A stretch of 55,648 nucleotides of DNA from assembly GCA_029264775.1 (NCBI GenBank), contig JARHYT010000021.1, positions 1 through 55,648 of the forward strand. The letters are read 5' to 3'. The notes under the pieces were generated by a model that was given only the letters and a program-made list of their open reading frames with translations, searched no databases and was not told the DNA's origin. A program made the translations under genes and the position numbers. The DNA comes from Helicobacter sp. (lineage in GTDB: Bacteria > Campylobacterota > Campylobacteria > Campylobacterales > Helicobacteraceae). Shown here piece after piece: positions 1 through 10,659 of the stretch (position 1 is its first letter; every line of letters starts with the position of its first letter).

Positions 1-2
1 TA

Positions 3-866
3 AAGTTAATAGCACCTGATATAGACTATATAATATTTTTAGATTCTGATGATTATTGGAAATTAAATTGTATAGAGGAATGTATAAAACATTCTAATGG
101 TGTGGATATTGTGTGGTTTGATTGGGAGGTTTTCTATGATGGTGTAGAAAAACCACAAAGCATGGATAGAACTAGACATGAAATACTTGGCTATACAACA
201 AATGTAAGAGAAACTCCAATGGAGTGGCTAAAAAGGTTTGTTGTTGCGAATACAAACGATTTTGCATTTGCATGGAGTGGCTTAATTGATTTTAATTTTT
301 TAATTAATATACACATTTCTTATTACAATGACATAATCTATGAAGATCGTAATTTTGGCATATTATTGTTTTTGCAAAGCAATAATATATTTGTTCTAAC
401 TGATAAGCTATATTTATATAGGATTCGTCCAAATAGCATAATGACGCAGAGTGCCCATGCTAATTTATATAAATATACAGAGTATATATACTCAAAGTTT
501 GATGATATTGCATTATCTAAGCGATATCATAGTGCTATTAGTTGGTTTTTACAATTTCTACAATTATATGAATTTTTTGATAGCAATTCATGTGAGTTAA
601 ATAATTTGGCAAAAAAAACTTTTTTACCACTCTATGCAAATTATAGTTTAGAGCTTTTATCTTTGGATAACGATCCATTAAACCTAAAACCCAAGTTAAT
701 TCTTTTAGAGCCATACTTAGATAAAAAACTAAGAAAAAGGGATGAGATTAGAATCAAAAATCCAAAATTATACAAAAAGTTAGAGCCATTTATAAAAATT
801 TACAATAAAATAAGCAACATAGAACGCACCATAAGAAAAGCTATCAAAAATAAATCAAAAAAGTAA
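3..866 (+). CDS. Glycosyltransferase family 2 (5'-partial, runs in from the left edge)
   Basis: Frame is open from nt 3 (KLIAPDIDYIIFLDSDDYW), giving the GT2 FLDSDD motif; IIYED and LYLYRIRPNSI motifs follow. Confidence 0.85.
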   Translation, partial: KLIAPDIDYIIFLDSDDYWKLNCIEECIKHSNGVDIVWFDWEVFYDGVEKPQSMDRTRHEILGYTTNVRETPMEWLKRFVVANTNDFAFAWSGLIDFNFLINIHISYYNDIIYEDRNFGILLFLQSNNIFVLTDKLYLYRIRPNSIMTQSAHANLYKYTEYIYSKFDDIALSKRYHSAISWFLQFLQLYEFFDSNSCELNNLAKKTFLPLYANYSLELLSLDNDPLNLKPKLILLEPYLDKKLRKRDEIRIKNPKLYKKLEPFIKIYNKISNIERTIRKAIKNKSKK

Positions 867-1204
867 TTTTTATATTAAAGCTTGATGAGTTTCTCATTGT
901 TACGATGCTTTATAATACTTTATTGCTTTGGAAAATTTATTATGTAAGCATAAATTATAATGAATGCTAATTGCAGGGTGTGCTCTATAAATGTGTAAAT
1001 GCGACAGCTAAATATTATATAGAAACTATTATAATAATACAAATAATAGTTACATATTTGTATTTTTCACAATATAGTTAAGCAGTATTTTTGTGATATT
1101 TTATAGATTTTAACACTTTGTTATGTAATAATGCAGGTTCATAGCCATAAATATATCAAATTATTAGAGACATTATCGGCATATGAGTTCTTGGTTATAG
1201 ATAA

Positions 1205-2491
1205 TCAATTTATTATGTTGCCTACAAGTATATTATCCTTATAATGCGTTACACGCACATTATAGTAACCAGCTCCTTTATAATCCCCATCATTTATCAA
1301 TATCTCACCATCAATCTCTTTTCCCCATCGTTTATCCCTTGCACTATAAAAATGTGGGCTTATTGAACTTTGATTTTCAATAATACATTCAATGTTATTA
1401 TTTAACATATTTGTAAATTTTTCCTTTTCTATTTTTGATACAATTTTTTTAATCTTATTGATTCTTTGTGTTCGTATTTTTTTGGGAATCTCTTGCATTT
1501 CTCCAGCTTTTGTTCCTTCTTCTTTAGAATATTCAAATACATTGATTCTATCAAATTTAAAGGATTCTAAAAAATCACACAATTGTTCAAAATCTTTGTC
1601 TTCTTCTGTAGGATAGCCTACAATTACACTGCTACGCACAAAGCTATTTGGTATTTTTCGCATATGCTCTAATAATTTAATCAAATCTTTAGAACTTCTT
1701 TGCATATGTTTTAAAACCTTGCTACTAATATGTTGTATAGGCATATCATAATAATTTTGAAATATATTTGAATTTGCTATGCCATCTAACAAATCTAAGT
1801 CAGTTGAGCTTGGGTATAGATAAAGTATTCTTGCACTACTTATAGCACCTTGTGCATCTATGGCGTTTATCAACTTCAATAATCCATCATTCACGCCTTT
1901 ATCTCTTAGAAATGAGCTTGTATCCTGTGCGATAAAACTTATATCTTGAAATCCTTGTTTTGCTAAATCATCGATTTCCTTTAATATAGAATCTATACTT
2001 TTACTTTGTAGTTTGCCTTTAAAGCTTGGTATGGCACAAAAAGAACATGTTTGATTGCAACCCTCGCTAATTTTTATGTACGCATGTATCTTAGAACCAC
2101 TTATAATTCTTTTTTCATTTTCTTGCAAATACACAGAGTCTCTAATCAAGCCCTTTTTGTTTGCTATCATAGAATCTATTTTATTGTAGTCGCTAACTCC
2201 TGTTAATATGTCAATTTCTGGTATCATTTCTTTTATTTCTTTTGCATATCTAGCAACAAGACAACCGCTAGCCACAAGTAAAGCACCTTTTTTGCGGTTA
2301 TTTAATGCTTCAAATATATGACTCAAACTTTCCTTTTTAGCGGCTTCTATAAAACCGCAGGTATTTATTATAATAACATCTGCTTCATTTAGATTATGGG
2401 TAAGTGTATAATCTTGTAACTTACCTAGCATAACCTCAGAATCTACTAAATTTTTTGAACAACCAAGTGAAATAACATGTAACTTTTTCAT
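1205..2491 (-). CDS. rimO: Ribosomal protein S12 methylthiotransferase
   Basis: SLGCSKNLVDSE, NTCGFI and radical SAM CNQTCSFC motifs; start moved to ATG 2491 (MKKLHV). Confidence 0.93.
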   Translation of the reverse strand: MKKLHVISLGCSKNLVDSEVMLGKLQDYTLTHNLNEADVIIINTCGFIEAAKKESLSHIFEALNNRKKGALLVASGCLVARYAKEIKEMIPEIDILTGVSDYNKIDSMIANKKGLIRDSVYLQENEKRIISGSKIHAYIKISEGCNQTCSFCAIPSFKGKLQSKSIDSILKEIDDLAKQGFQDISFIAQDTSSFLRDKGVNDGLLKLINAIDAQGAISSARILYLYPSSTDLDLLDGIANSNIFQNYYDMPIQHISSKVLKHMQRSSKDLIKLLEHMRKIPNSFVRSSVIVGYPTEEDKDFEQLCDFLESFKFDRINVFEYSKEEGTKAGEMQEIPKKIRTQRINKIKKIVSKIEKEKFTNMLNNNIECIIENQSSISPHFYSARDKRWGKEIDGEILINDGDYKGAGYYNVRVTHYKDNILVGNIIN

Positions 2492-2501
2492 ATAGATTCC
2501 A

Positions 2502-3221
2502 TTATGCCAAGTTTGTATAAACTGCTTGCACATCATCGTCATCTTCTATTTTATCAAGCAATTTGTCAAGTTCTTGCATTTGTTCTTCTGTCAAAGTGAT
2601 TGGATTTGTTGGTATGCGAACTAATTTTGCACATTTTACATTTATATTAAGATTTTCTAGCCCTATAGATAAAGAACCAAAATCTTCATATTTAGAATAA
2701 GCTATGTATGAATTAATATCTTCATCTTCACTTTTTTCTAATGAGTCAAGCCCACAATCAATTAATGATAATTCAATTTCATCTTTATCAACATTGCTTA
2801 AATCAATATGAAATTCTCCTTTTCTATCAAACATGAAATCAATAGCACCATTTGTAAGCAAACTAGCATTTGGTGTTTTGTTAAAATAACTTTTTATGTT
2901 AGCAACAGTTCTTGTTGCGTTGTCTGTTGCACATTCAATAAATATTAGTACTCCATTTGCACTTTTGCCTTCATATGTTACTTCCTCAAAATTTCCATCT
3001 TTTCCACTAGCCCTTTTTATAGCAGATTCTATATTGTCTTTTGGCATATTTTGTGCCTTAGCATTTGCTATTGCTGTTCTTAGTTTAGCATTCATTTCTG
3101 GATCTGTTCCACCTTCTTTTGCTGCTATTGTTATAGCAGTAGCAAGTTTTGGAAAAATCTTACTCATTTTTCCCCATCTCTTTTCTTTGGCTGCTCTACG
3201 ATATTCAAATGCTCTTCCCAT
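2502..3221 (-). CDS. yebC: YebC/PmpR family protein
   Basis: MGRAFEYR start, [25 protein letters not shown] end. Confidence 0.95.
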   Translation of the reverse strand: MGRAFEYRRAAKEKRWGKMSKIFPKLATAITIAAKEGGTDPEMNAKLRTAIANAKAQNMPKDNIESAIKRASGKDGNFEEVTYEGKSANGVLIFIECATDNATRTVANIKSYFNKTPNASLLTNGAIDFMFDRKGEFHIDLSNVDKDEIELSLIDCGLDSLEKSEDEDINSYIAYSKYEDFGSLSIGLENLNINVKCAKLVRIPTNPITLTEEQMQELDKLLDKIEDDDDVQAVYTNLA

Positions 3222-3329
3222 AAATGTCTCCTAATAATGTAAAAATCTGTGATTCAAAATAGATGCTTATTTATAAGCTTGTTGTTATACAAAATATATT
3301 GAAAAGTAACCAAGTATTATAAAATAAAA

Positions 3330-3821
3330 TTACAAATTATCAAAACAAATCGGTTTATATTCAATTTTTAGAATCTCAAATTCAGTTTCACCTGCTGGTA
3401 AATTTACAATCACTTCATCACCTTCTTCTTTACCTATCAATCCTCTTGCTAATGGTGAATTAAATGATATAAGCCCTTTTTCTGGATTGCTTTCAGTTGT
3501 GCCAACAATTGTATAAACACTCTCTTTATCTGTATCTAAATTGATTATTGTAACCGTACTTCCAAAACTAACTTTGTCGTGCTTTAAGCTTTCTGGATCT
3601 ATAACCTCTGCATTTGATAGCATTTTGCTAAGCTCATTTATTTTAAATTCGATAAAAGCTTGTTTTTCTTTTGCTGCATGATATTCTGCATTTTCCTTTA
3701 AATCCCCATGTGCTCTAGCAATATCAATTTCTTGTGCTACTTTGGCTCTTTGTACTTCTTTTAAATCTTTCAATTCTTGAGTAAGTTTATTAAATCCATA
3801 TTTACTCATTGGTTCAGTCAT
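3330..3821 (-). CDS. greA: Transcription elongation factor GreA
   Basis: [16 protein letters not shown] and [14 protein letters not shown] motifs. Confidence 0.97.
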   Translation of the reverse strand: MTEPMSKYGFNKLTQELKDLKEVQRAKVAQEIDIARAHGDLKENAEYHAAKEKQAFIEFKINELSKMLSNAEVIDPESLKHDKVSFGSTVTIINLDTDKESVYTIVGTTESNPEKGLISFNSPLARGLIGKEEGDEVIVNLPAGETEFEILKIEYKPICFDNL

Positions 3822-3923
3822 TTTTTTCCTTTAATTAAAATAAAAAGTATTATTATACAAAAAATTATAAATAAAAATAATTTTTGTATTAAAATTATCA
3901 TTTCTAAAGTTTGAGGTGAATTA

Positions 3924-4643
3924 ATGGCTATCAGAGAAATTTTATACAATGACAATAATTTTACAATATCATACAATATCATAAATAATCAATCGCAAAA
4001 ATATATGGTTTTTTTGCATGGTTGGGGTAGCAACAAGGAAGTTATGATTGCTGCCTTTCAAGATCATTTTAAACAATTTAATCATGTTTATATAGATCTA
4101 CCGGGATTTGGTGCAAGTCCTAATGAATGTTTTTTAACAACAAATGATTATGCGTACATTGTAAATATATTTTTGCAAAGTATCAAAGTAATAGAAAATA
4201 AACGACAAATAATTATAGTTGGACATAGCTTTGGTGGTAAAGTGGCTTTGTTGCTAGAGCATGAGATAATATTGCTTAGCAGTGCTGGAATCTTATTGCC
4301 AAAACCTTTTAAGGTTAGATTGAAAATAAAATTATCAAAATTACTTAAATATCTACCATTTAACTTTAATTTCTTGAGAGCAGATGATGCAAGGACATTA
4401 AGTCCTGTTATGTATGATATTTTTAAAAGTGTAGTTGATGAGGATTTTTCATCAAAATATAAAAATTTTACATATAAAACTACAATCTTTTGGGGTAAAG
4501 ATGATACTGCAACACCCATGCAGTCATATAATATAATATGTGGTTTAATGCCAAATGCTAAATCCTATGTATTGCAAGGGGATCATTATTTCTTTTTAAA
4601 GCAGGGTGATATTATAGAAAAACTTTATTATGGTGTAAAGTAA
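3924..4643 (+). CDS. Alpha/beta hydrolase
   Basis: FLHGWG, DLPGFG, nucleophile elbow GHSFGG, C-terminal GDH; GAGG RBS. Confidence 0.9.
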   Translation: MAIREILYNDNNFTISYNIINNQSQKYMVFLHGWGSNKEVMIAAFQDHFKQFNHVYIDLPGFGASPNECFLTTNDYAYIVNIFLQSIKVIENKRQIIIVGHSFGGKVALLLEHEIILLSSAGILLPKPFKVRLKIKLSKLLKYLPFNFNFLRADDARTLSPVMYDIFKSVVDEDFSSKYKNFTYKTTIFWGKDDTATPMQSYNIICGLMPNAKSYVLQGDHYFFLKQGDIIEKLYYGVK

Positions 4644-4785
4644 TTTTTATTCATGTTGTATTAGAATCTTATACTTAGTTGCATGATATAAACTGCATAA
4701 TACCACATTTTTTATTAATTCGCATTGTATTAAGTAATTTATGTTTTTAGATTGTGCGTGTGATGTATGCAGATGAAAATTTAGG

Positions 4786-5808
4786 CTATGCGAAGAAACC
4801 AAAATCAACTAACCACTTAACAAGGAAAAACCCTCCTATACTCAATAGAATGAATAATATGAGAGCCAATGTAAATGCACTGCCACCAGAGCTTTTAAAC
4901 TTTTTAATATCAATTTGTAAGCCCAATGCACTCATTGCCATAGTCAAGCAAAATGCAGATATGAATTTAAACATATCAACAAATATATCTGGAATATTCA
5001 CATATGAATGAAAAATTACAACTCCTAGAAAGCCAAATGCAAACCATGGCACATGAAGTTTTCTTTTAGCACCACCATCTGAATGACTAACTAAAAATGG
5101 TATCACTAATAATACAGGTATAAGCAAAATCACTCGTATCATTTTTGTTATTAAAGCAAAACTAGCACATTTAAGCGATACTGCACCGCCTGCACCAACA
5201 GCATTTGCTACTTCATGCAGTGTTAGTCCCATGTAAATTCCCTCTTGTGCGTCATTTAGCGGTATTAAACCACTTGCGTATATGATTGGATATGCAAACA
5301 TTCCAATTAAACCAAATATAACAACAGTTCCAACCGCTATAACACCTTTGTATGGTTCAGAACGCAGAGAAGATTCTAAGGCAAGCACTGCAGCAGCCCC
5401 ACAAATTGCACTTCCTCCGCTAACTAAAATTGCAATATCTTTATCCAGTTTTAAAAATTTTACACCGATGTAAACACCTAATGATAATATAATTACAACA
5501 ATAAATATACAAGATAAAACACCCGCAACTCCGACTTGCCCAATCTGCAATAAAGACACATTGAAACCATATAGGATAATACCAAAACGCAGTATCTTTT
5601 TTGCACTAAAAGTTACCCCATCACTATATTTGATATGATCTTTATGATATATAAAGGATAAAAATCCTCCCAATATAACGCCTATTATAAGTGGTGATAT
5701 ATGGAGATTGAGAATTGCTGGGACAAATGATAGTCCCATGCTTATAGCAGATATTACTAAGACAAATAAGATTCCCATAGTATAACTATTTGTAGAAATA
5801 TTTTTCAT
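4786..5808 (-). CDS. YeiH family (putative sulfate exporter) membrane protein
   Basis: LRFGIILYG, GSAICGAAAV and TKMIRV motifs; about 10 hydrophobic segments. Confidence 0.88.
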   Translation of the reverse strand: MKNISTNSYTMGILFVLVISAISMGLSFVPAILNLHISPLIIGVILGGFLSFIYHKDHIKYSDGVTFSAKKILRFGIILYGFNVSLLQIGQVGVAGVLSCIFIVVIILSLGVYIGVKFLKLDKDIAILVSGGSAICGAAAVLALESSLRSEPYKGVIAVGTVVIFGLIGMFAYPIIYASGLIPLNDAQEGIYMGLTLHEVANAVGAGGAVSLKCASFALITKMIRVILLIPVLLVIPFLVSHSDGGAKRKLHVPWFAFGFLGVVIFHSYVNIPDIFVDMFKFISAFCLTMAMSALGLQIDIKKFKSSGGSAFTLALILFILLSIGGFFLVKWLVDFGFFA

Positions 5809-5918
5809 AAATACCCTTTTAATTGTTATAAGCTACATAAAACAAGATAATACAATAAAATAGCAGTTGATCTAATTCAATAAGCCCTCATGTCATATTT
5901 GCAAAGAAAGGTAAATTT

Positions 5919-5927
5919 TGATATAAT
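5919..5927 (+). promoter_or_regulatory. Extended -10 promoter (TGATATAAT)
   Basis: TGnTATAAT about 115 nt upstream of the transporter at 6042. Confidence 0.5.
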
Positions 5928-6041
5928 TATTAACAAATCAATTAAAATATATACATTAATTTCAATATAATATGTTATTTTGTAACGATACATTGATTTG
6001 ATCTTTATATGTTTTGGTTTTATTTGTCTTATGAGGTTTTT

Positions 6042-7385
6042 ATGTCTATTCTAACAAATTCCGTTTTAATTTCAGTTTTGGTTATGGCTGTGCTATGTAT
6101 TTTAAGATTGAATGTTTTTTTATCTATCATTGTGGCGGCATTAGTTGCTGGTTGGCTTTCAAATATTCCGCTTGATGGCACACAAATACATGATTCTTAT
6201 TTTCAATTATTTCTTAAAAAGACGATTGCCACGGGCGATATACTGATTAATGGTATGTCTGGCAATCTCAATATTGCATTGAGTTATATTCTGCTTGGTG
6301 CTATTGCTGTTGCTATCTCTCGCACGCATTTAATGACTTTTTTGTTATCGGCTATAGCAAATATAATTAGTAATAAAAAAAATATGTTCATTATTAGCAT
6401 AGCAATTATTTCCTGCTGTTCTCAAAATTTAATACCAATTCATATAGCTTTTATACCTATTTTAATACCGCCTCTTTTAACATTAATGAATAAACTTAAG
6501 ATTGATAGAAGAGCTGTAGCCTGTGCCTTAACATTTGGACTTCAAGCACCATATGTAACGCTTGGTGTAGGGTTTGGGCTTATATTTCATACAACAATAA
6601 TGAATCAATTGAAAGAAAATGGACTAGAAGTAACCTTATCTGATATTGCTAGTGTGATGTGGATTGGTGGATTATCTATGGTTATTGGTTTATTTTTTGC
6701 AATTTTTGTATTGTATAGAAAAGATAGGATTTATAATCAAACTCAAGAAAAGTCTATAGGTGATGCTAGTATGGGAAAAGCAGAATATGCAGTATTATTT
6801 GGTATTATAGTAACCTTTTTTATTCAATTATTTACAAATTCCATGCCTCTTGGGGCTTTTGCTGGACTTATGAGTATGATAATTTTTGGTGGTATTAAAT
6901 GGAGTGAAATAGATTCTGTTATGGAAGATGGCTTAAAAATGATGGCTTTTATCGCATTTGTTATGCTAATTGCTGCTGGTTATGGGGAAGTTTTGCGTCA
7001 AAGCGGAGAAGTAAATAGCCTAGTAGATTCTATTAAAGTGTTTGCTGGAAATAAAATTACTGCTGCCGTATTGATGTTATTTGTTGGATTACTTATAACT
7101 ATTGGTATAGGAACATCATTTGGCACTATACCGATTATTGCAGCAATTTATGTACCCCTTGGTTTGTCCATAGGCTTTAGTGTGCCTGCAATAATTTTAT
7201 TAATTGGCATTGCAGGTGCTTTGGGTGATGCTGGTTCTCCTGCTAGCGATAGCACGCTGGGACCAACTTCTGGTTTAAATATGGATAAACAGCACGATCA
7301 TATTAGAGATACATGTATCCCCACATTTCTAGTATATAATATACCTCTTATAATTGGTGGAGTAATTGGTGCAATAATTCTATAA
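6042..7385 (+). CDS. YuiF/NhaC-like Na+/H+ antiporter family putative amino acid transporter
   Basis: SQNLIPIHIAFIPILIPPLL and GDAGSPASDSTLGPTSGLN motifs; GAGG RBS before ATG 6042. Confidence 0.85.
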   Translation: MSILTNSVLISVLVMAVLCILRLNVFLSIIVAALVAGWLSNIPLDGTQIHDSYFQLFLKKTIATGDILINGMSGNLNIALSYILLGAIAVAISRTHLMTFLLSAIANIISNKKNMFIISIAIISCCSQNLIPIHIAFIPILIPPLLTLMNKLKIDRRAVACALTFGLQAPYVTLGVGFGLIFHTTIMNQLKENGLEVTLSDIASVMWIGGLSMVIGLFFAIFVLYRKDRIYNQTQEKSIGDASMGKAEYAVLFGIIVTFFIQLFTNSMPLGAFAGLMSMIIFGGIKWSEIDSVMEDGLKMMAFIAFVMLIAAGYGEVLRQSGEVNSLVDSIKVFAGNKITAAVLMLFVGLLITIGIGTSFGTIPIIAAIYVPLGLSIGFSVPAIILLIGIAGALGDAGSPASDSTLGPTSGLNMDKQHDHIRDTCIPTFLVYNIPLIIGGVIGAIIL

Positions 7386-7544
7386 TAAATATCTAGCAGA
7401 TATGTTTATCATGTACTATCAGATAAATTGCTTTTTATAAAAATAAGATAATTGTATAATATATGCAATTATTATTTGTTATCTAAAAACATATAAAAAT
7501 TCAATAGAATGGAATTGAAAGATAAAAGCTTTAGTGAGGTTAAT

Positions 7545-9509
7545 ATGGCTTATGAACAAATTGCAAATGAATTAAGAATGTTATGTGCTGATATGGTACA
7601 AGAGGCAAATAGCGGACATCCCGGTGCTCCTATGGGGCTTGCTGATATTGCAGTGGTTTTAGCAAACCATATAAATATAACGCCAAAAACAGATTGGATT
7701 AATAGAGATAGATTGGTATTTAGTGGCGGGCATGCAAGTGCTTTGTTGTACTCATTATTGCATTTATGGGGTTATGATATAAGTTTGCAAGATTTGAGAA
7801 ATTTTAGAAAGTTAGATTCTAAAACTCCCGGACATCCAGAATATAAACATACAGATGGTGTTGAAATAACAACTGGACCGCTAGGGCAGGGCGTAGCAAA
7901 TGCAGTTGGTTTTGCATTGGCAGCTAAAAGAGCAAGAAATATATTGGGTGATATAATAAATCACAAGGTATATTGTTTGTGTGGTGATGGCGATTTAGAA
8001 GAAGGCATAAGTTATGAGGCATGTTCGATTGCTGGACATCATAAGCTTGATAATTTGATTATTATATATGATAGCAACGATATTAGTATAGAAGGCAATA
8101 TAAATGTGGCTTTTAGTGAGGATATTGCAGCTAGATTCCGTTCGCAAGGATTTTTGGTACTAGAGATTTGCGGGCATGATTATTCGCAGATTAATAGTGC
8201 TTTATTAAGTGCAAAGCAATCTATTCAACCTACAATTATCATAGCTAAAACAAAGATAGCTAAAAATGCCGTTGGTTTAGAAGGCAGTCATAATGCACAT
8301 GGTGCACCATTAGGAAAAGAAGTAATATTTGAAAGTAAAAAACAAATGGGTTTGAGTAATGAAACATTCTTTGTGAGTGAAAAAACAAGACAGCATTTCC
8401 AAGATAGTGCATTGAGAGGGTACAAAGCATTTGAAGAATGGCAAATAAAATTGCTAGATTCTAAGCAAAAGGATATATTAGAATCTATGTTAAAAAAGGA
8501 TTTTAGTGGCGTGGAGTTTCCTGTATTTGGTGGCTTAGAATCTAGCAGCGAAGTAGCTAGGCTTGATAGCGAAAACGCAATTGCAACAAGGGCTAGTAAT
8601 GGTAAAATATTAAATGCAATTGCAAATGTTAATTCAGGTTTTATCGGTGGTAGTGCAGATTTAGCACCAAGCAATAATACAGAATTAAAAAATACAAAGG
8701 ATTTTCCGCATGGTAATAATATGCACTTTGGTGTTAGAGAACATGCTATGGGTGCTATTAGCAATGCGTTTGCAAATTATGGAATCTTTACTCCATATTG
8801 TGCCACATTTTTTGTCTTTAGCGATTATTTGTGTCCTAGCATTAGGGTTGCAAGCATTATGAAGTCGCAAGTATTTTATATTTTTACACATGATTCTATA
8901 GGTGTTGGTGAAGATGGAGCAACGCATCAGCCAATAGAACAATTAAGCCATCTAAGGGCTATGCCAAATATACTAAATTGGCGTCCAGCATGTGCAAATG
9001 AAAATAGTATAGCATGGCGGATCGCATTAGGATTACAACAACCACAAAGCTTTGTGCTAACAAGACAGAATTTACCATTAATATATTCTAAACATATAAA
9101 TCAAGACAATGTGGCAAATGGTGCTTATATTATTTCTCAATCAAGTATTGTTAATAATTTTATAAAATCTAATGAGACTAAAAAACTAACATTGCTTGCT
9201 AGTGGCAGTGAGGTGCATTTAGCAATAAAAGTACAAGAACATTTGGAGCAAAAAGGTATTGCAACGCAGGTTATATCCATGCCGTGCTATGAATTGTTTG
9301 TAAAAAAGGGTAGGGATTATGCTAAGTCATTATTCGGAGATTCTAAAGTTTTAGCCATTGAGGCATCAAGCGGGCTAGAGCTGTATTATTTTGCTGATTA
9401 TGTTATTAGTATGCAAAGTTTTGGTGCAAGTGGTAAAGGTGATTTGTTGTTCAAACATTTTGGGTTTAATGTGGAAAATATTTGTAATAAGGCTTTAGAG
9501 ATTCTGTAA
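7545..9509 (+). CDS. tkt: Transketolase
   Basis: SGHPGAPMG, TTGPLGQG, TPP-binding GDGDLEEG, THDSIGVGEDGATHQP; GAGG RBS before ATG 7545. Confidence 0.97.
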   Translation: MAYEQIANELRMLCADMVQEANSGHPGAPMGLADIAVVLANHINITPKTDWINRDRLVFSGGHASALLYSLLHLWGYDISLQDLRNFRKLDSKTPGHPEYKHTDGVEITTGPLGQGVANAVGFALAAKRARNILGDIINHKVYCLCGDGDLEEGISYEACSIAGHHKLDNLIIIYDSNDISIEGNINVAFSEDIAARFRSQGFLVLEICGHDYSQINSALLSAKQSIQPTIIIAKTKIAKNAVGLEGSHNAHGAPLGKEVIFESKKQMGLSNETFFVSEKTRQHFQDSALRGYKAFEEWQIKLLDSKQKDILESMLKKDFSGVEFPVFGGLESSSEVARLDSENAIATRASNGKILNAIANVNSGFIGGSADLAPSNNTELKNTKDFPHGNNMHFGVREHAMGAISNAFANYGIFTPYCATFFVFSDYLCPSIRVASIMKSQVFYIFTHDSIGVGEDGATHQPIEQLSHLRAMPNILNWRPACANENSIAWRIALGLQQPQSFVLTRQNLPLIYSKHINQDNVANGAYIISQSSIVNNFIKSNETKKLTLLASGSEVHLAIKVQEHLEQKGIATQVISMPCYELFVKKGRDYAKSLFGDSKVLAIEASSGLELYYFADYVISMQSFGASGKGDLLFKHFGFNVENICNKALEIL

Positions 9510-9854
9510 TTTTAAATTAAATACATTAATGTTTATTTCAAGCTATATCTAGCTTATTTTTTTGAAATTCTTGTTATTATGCTTTTTTCCTTTTTTGGAT
9601 AATATTATTTAGTATATTGTTGTTTATCAATTAGCAAATAATTTGCTTTAATCTTTTTTAAATACTCATTTGTTTAGCAAACTTTTAATTCAATTAAAGT
9701 AAAAACTACTTATTATATTATATATTTTTGCAAACTAGCCTATCAATTTAAATGTTTTAGTTAATTTTTGATTGCTGATTACCTAAAAACGAGGCTATAA
9801 AATCTGTTTTATTTACTATACATCATTTATTTTAATGATGATAATTAAGAAATG

Positions 9855-10523
9855 TTATCTACCAAAAGTCCTTTTCCTTTTTTTAAAATCATTAATTATT
9901 TTTCTACATTCTTTTTTAGTCAATCCCGGAAATAAGGTTTTACTAAAAAATATTTCTGCATAAGCACATTGCCATAGCAAGAAATTTGATATTCTTGAAG
10001 CACTACCAACACGCAAAAGTAAATCCACATCTTCGCTTATATCTAAATTCTTTGTTATATTTTCTTCTGTTATATCTAAATTATTTTGAATCGTTTTCTT
10101 AACCGCACGAACAATTTCATCTTTTGCACCATACGATATAGCCACATTTACACATAATTTATTACAATGTTTTGTCTTATCCTCAAAATCTTTTATATCT
10201 TTAAGCAGATTTCTATCAATCTTGCTTAATTCACCAATAGCTCTAAATCTCACTTCATTTGCTAAAAAACTATCTAAACTTTCGTCAAGATATTTTTTTA
10301 GTAATTCAAACAAATAATCTATTTCTTCTTTTGGACGCTGCCAATTTTCTGTGCTGAAGGCAAAAAGCGTTAGATTTGATATGCCTTCTTCTATACAAAC
10401 TTCTATTACTTTTTGTATTGTTTTTGTGCCATGCAAATATCCTATTTTTTCCAAAATACCATTTTTTCTAGCCCACCTTCTATTACCATCCATAACTACT
10501 GCTAGGTGTTTTAATTCATTCAT
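9855..10523 (-). CDS. uppS: Undecaprenyl diphosphate synthase (Campylobacter-like form)
   Basis: HLAVVMDGNRRW, FAFSTENW, RISNFLLWQ, R-T-FG C-terminus. Confidence 0.95.
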   Translation of the reverse strand: MNELKHLAVVMDGNRRWARKNGILEKIGYLHGTKTIQKVIEVCIEEGISNLTLFAFSTENWQRPKEEIDYLFELLKKYLDESLDSFLANEVRFRAIGELSKIDRNLLKDIKDFEDKTKHCNKLCVNVAISYGAKDEIVRAVKKTIQNNLDITEENITKNLDISEDVDLLLRVGSASRISNFLLWQCAYAEIFFSKTLFPGLTKKECRKIINDFKKRKRTFGR

Positions 10524-10659
10524 TTTTTCTCCATCATAACAAGTCTTTTACTTAAAGGGTAATATTTAAATTTGCGTTAAGCAATGGTTAATTCTACTAC
10601 ATGATTAATCTATAATAATAAACTGCATAAAATATTTTACTATTTTATGCCTATGATAT

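Noticed and set aside
611-618. A8 run in the GT2 gene as a phase-variation site
   Set aside because: A8 runs are common throughout this AT-rich window and the frame is intact
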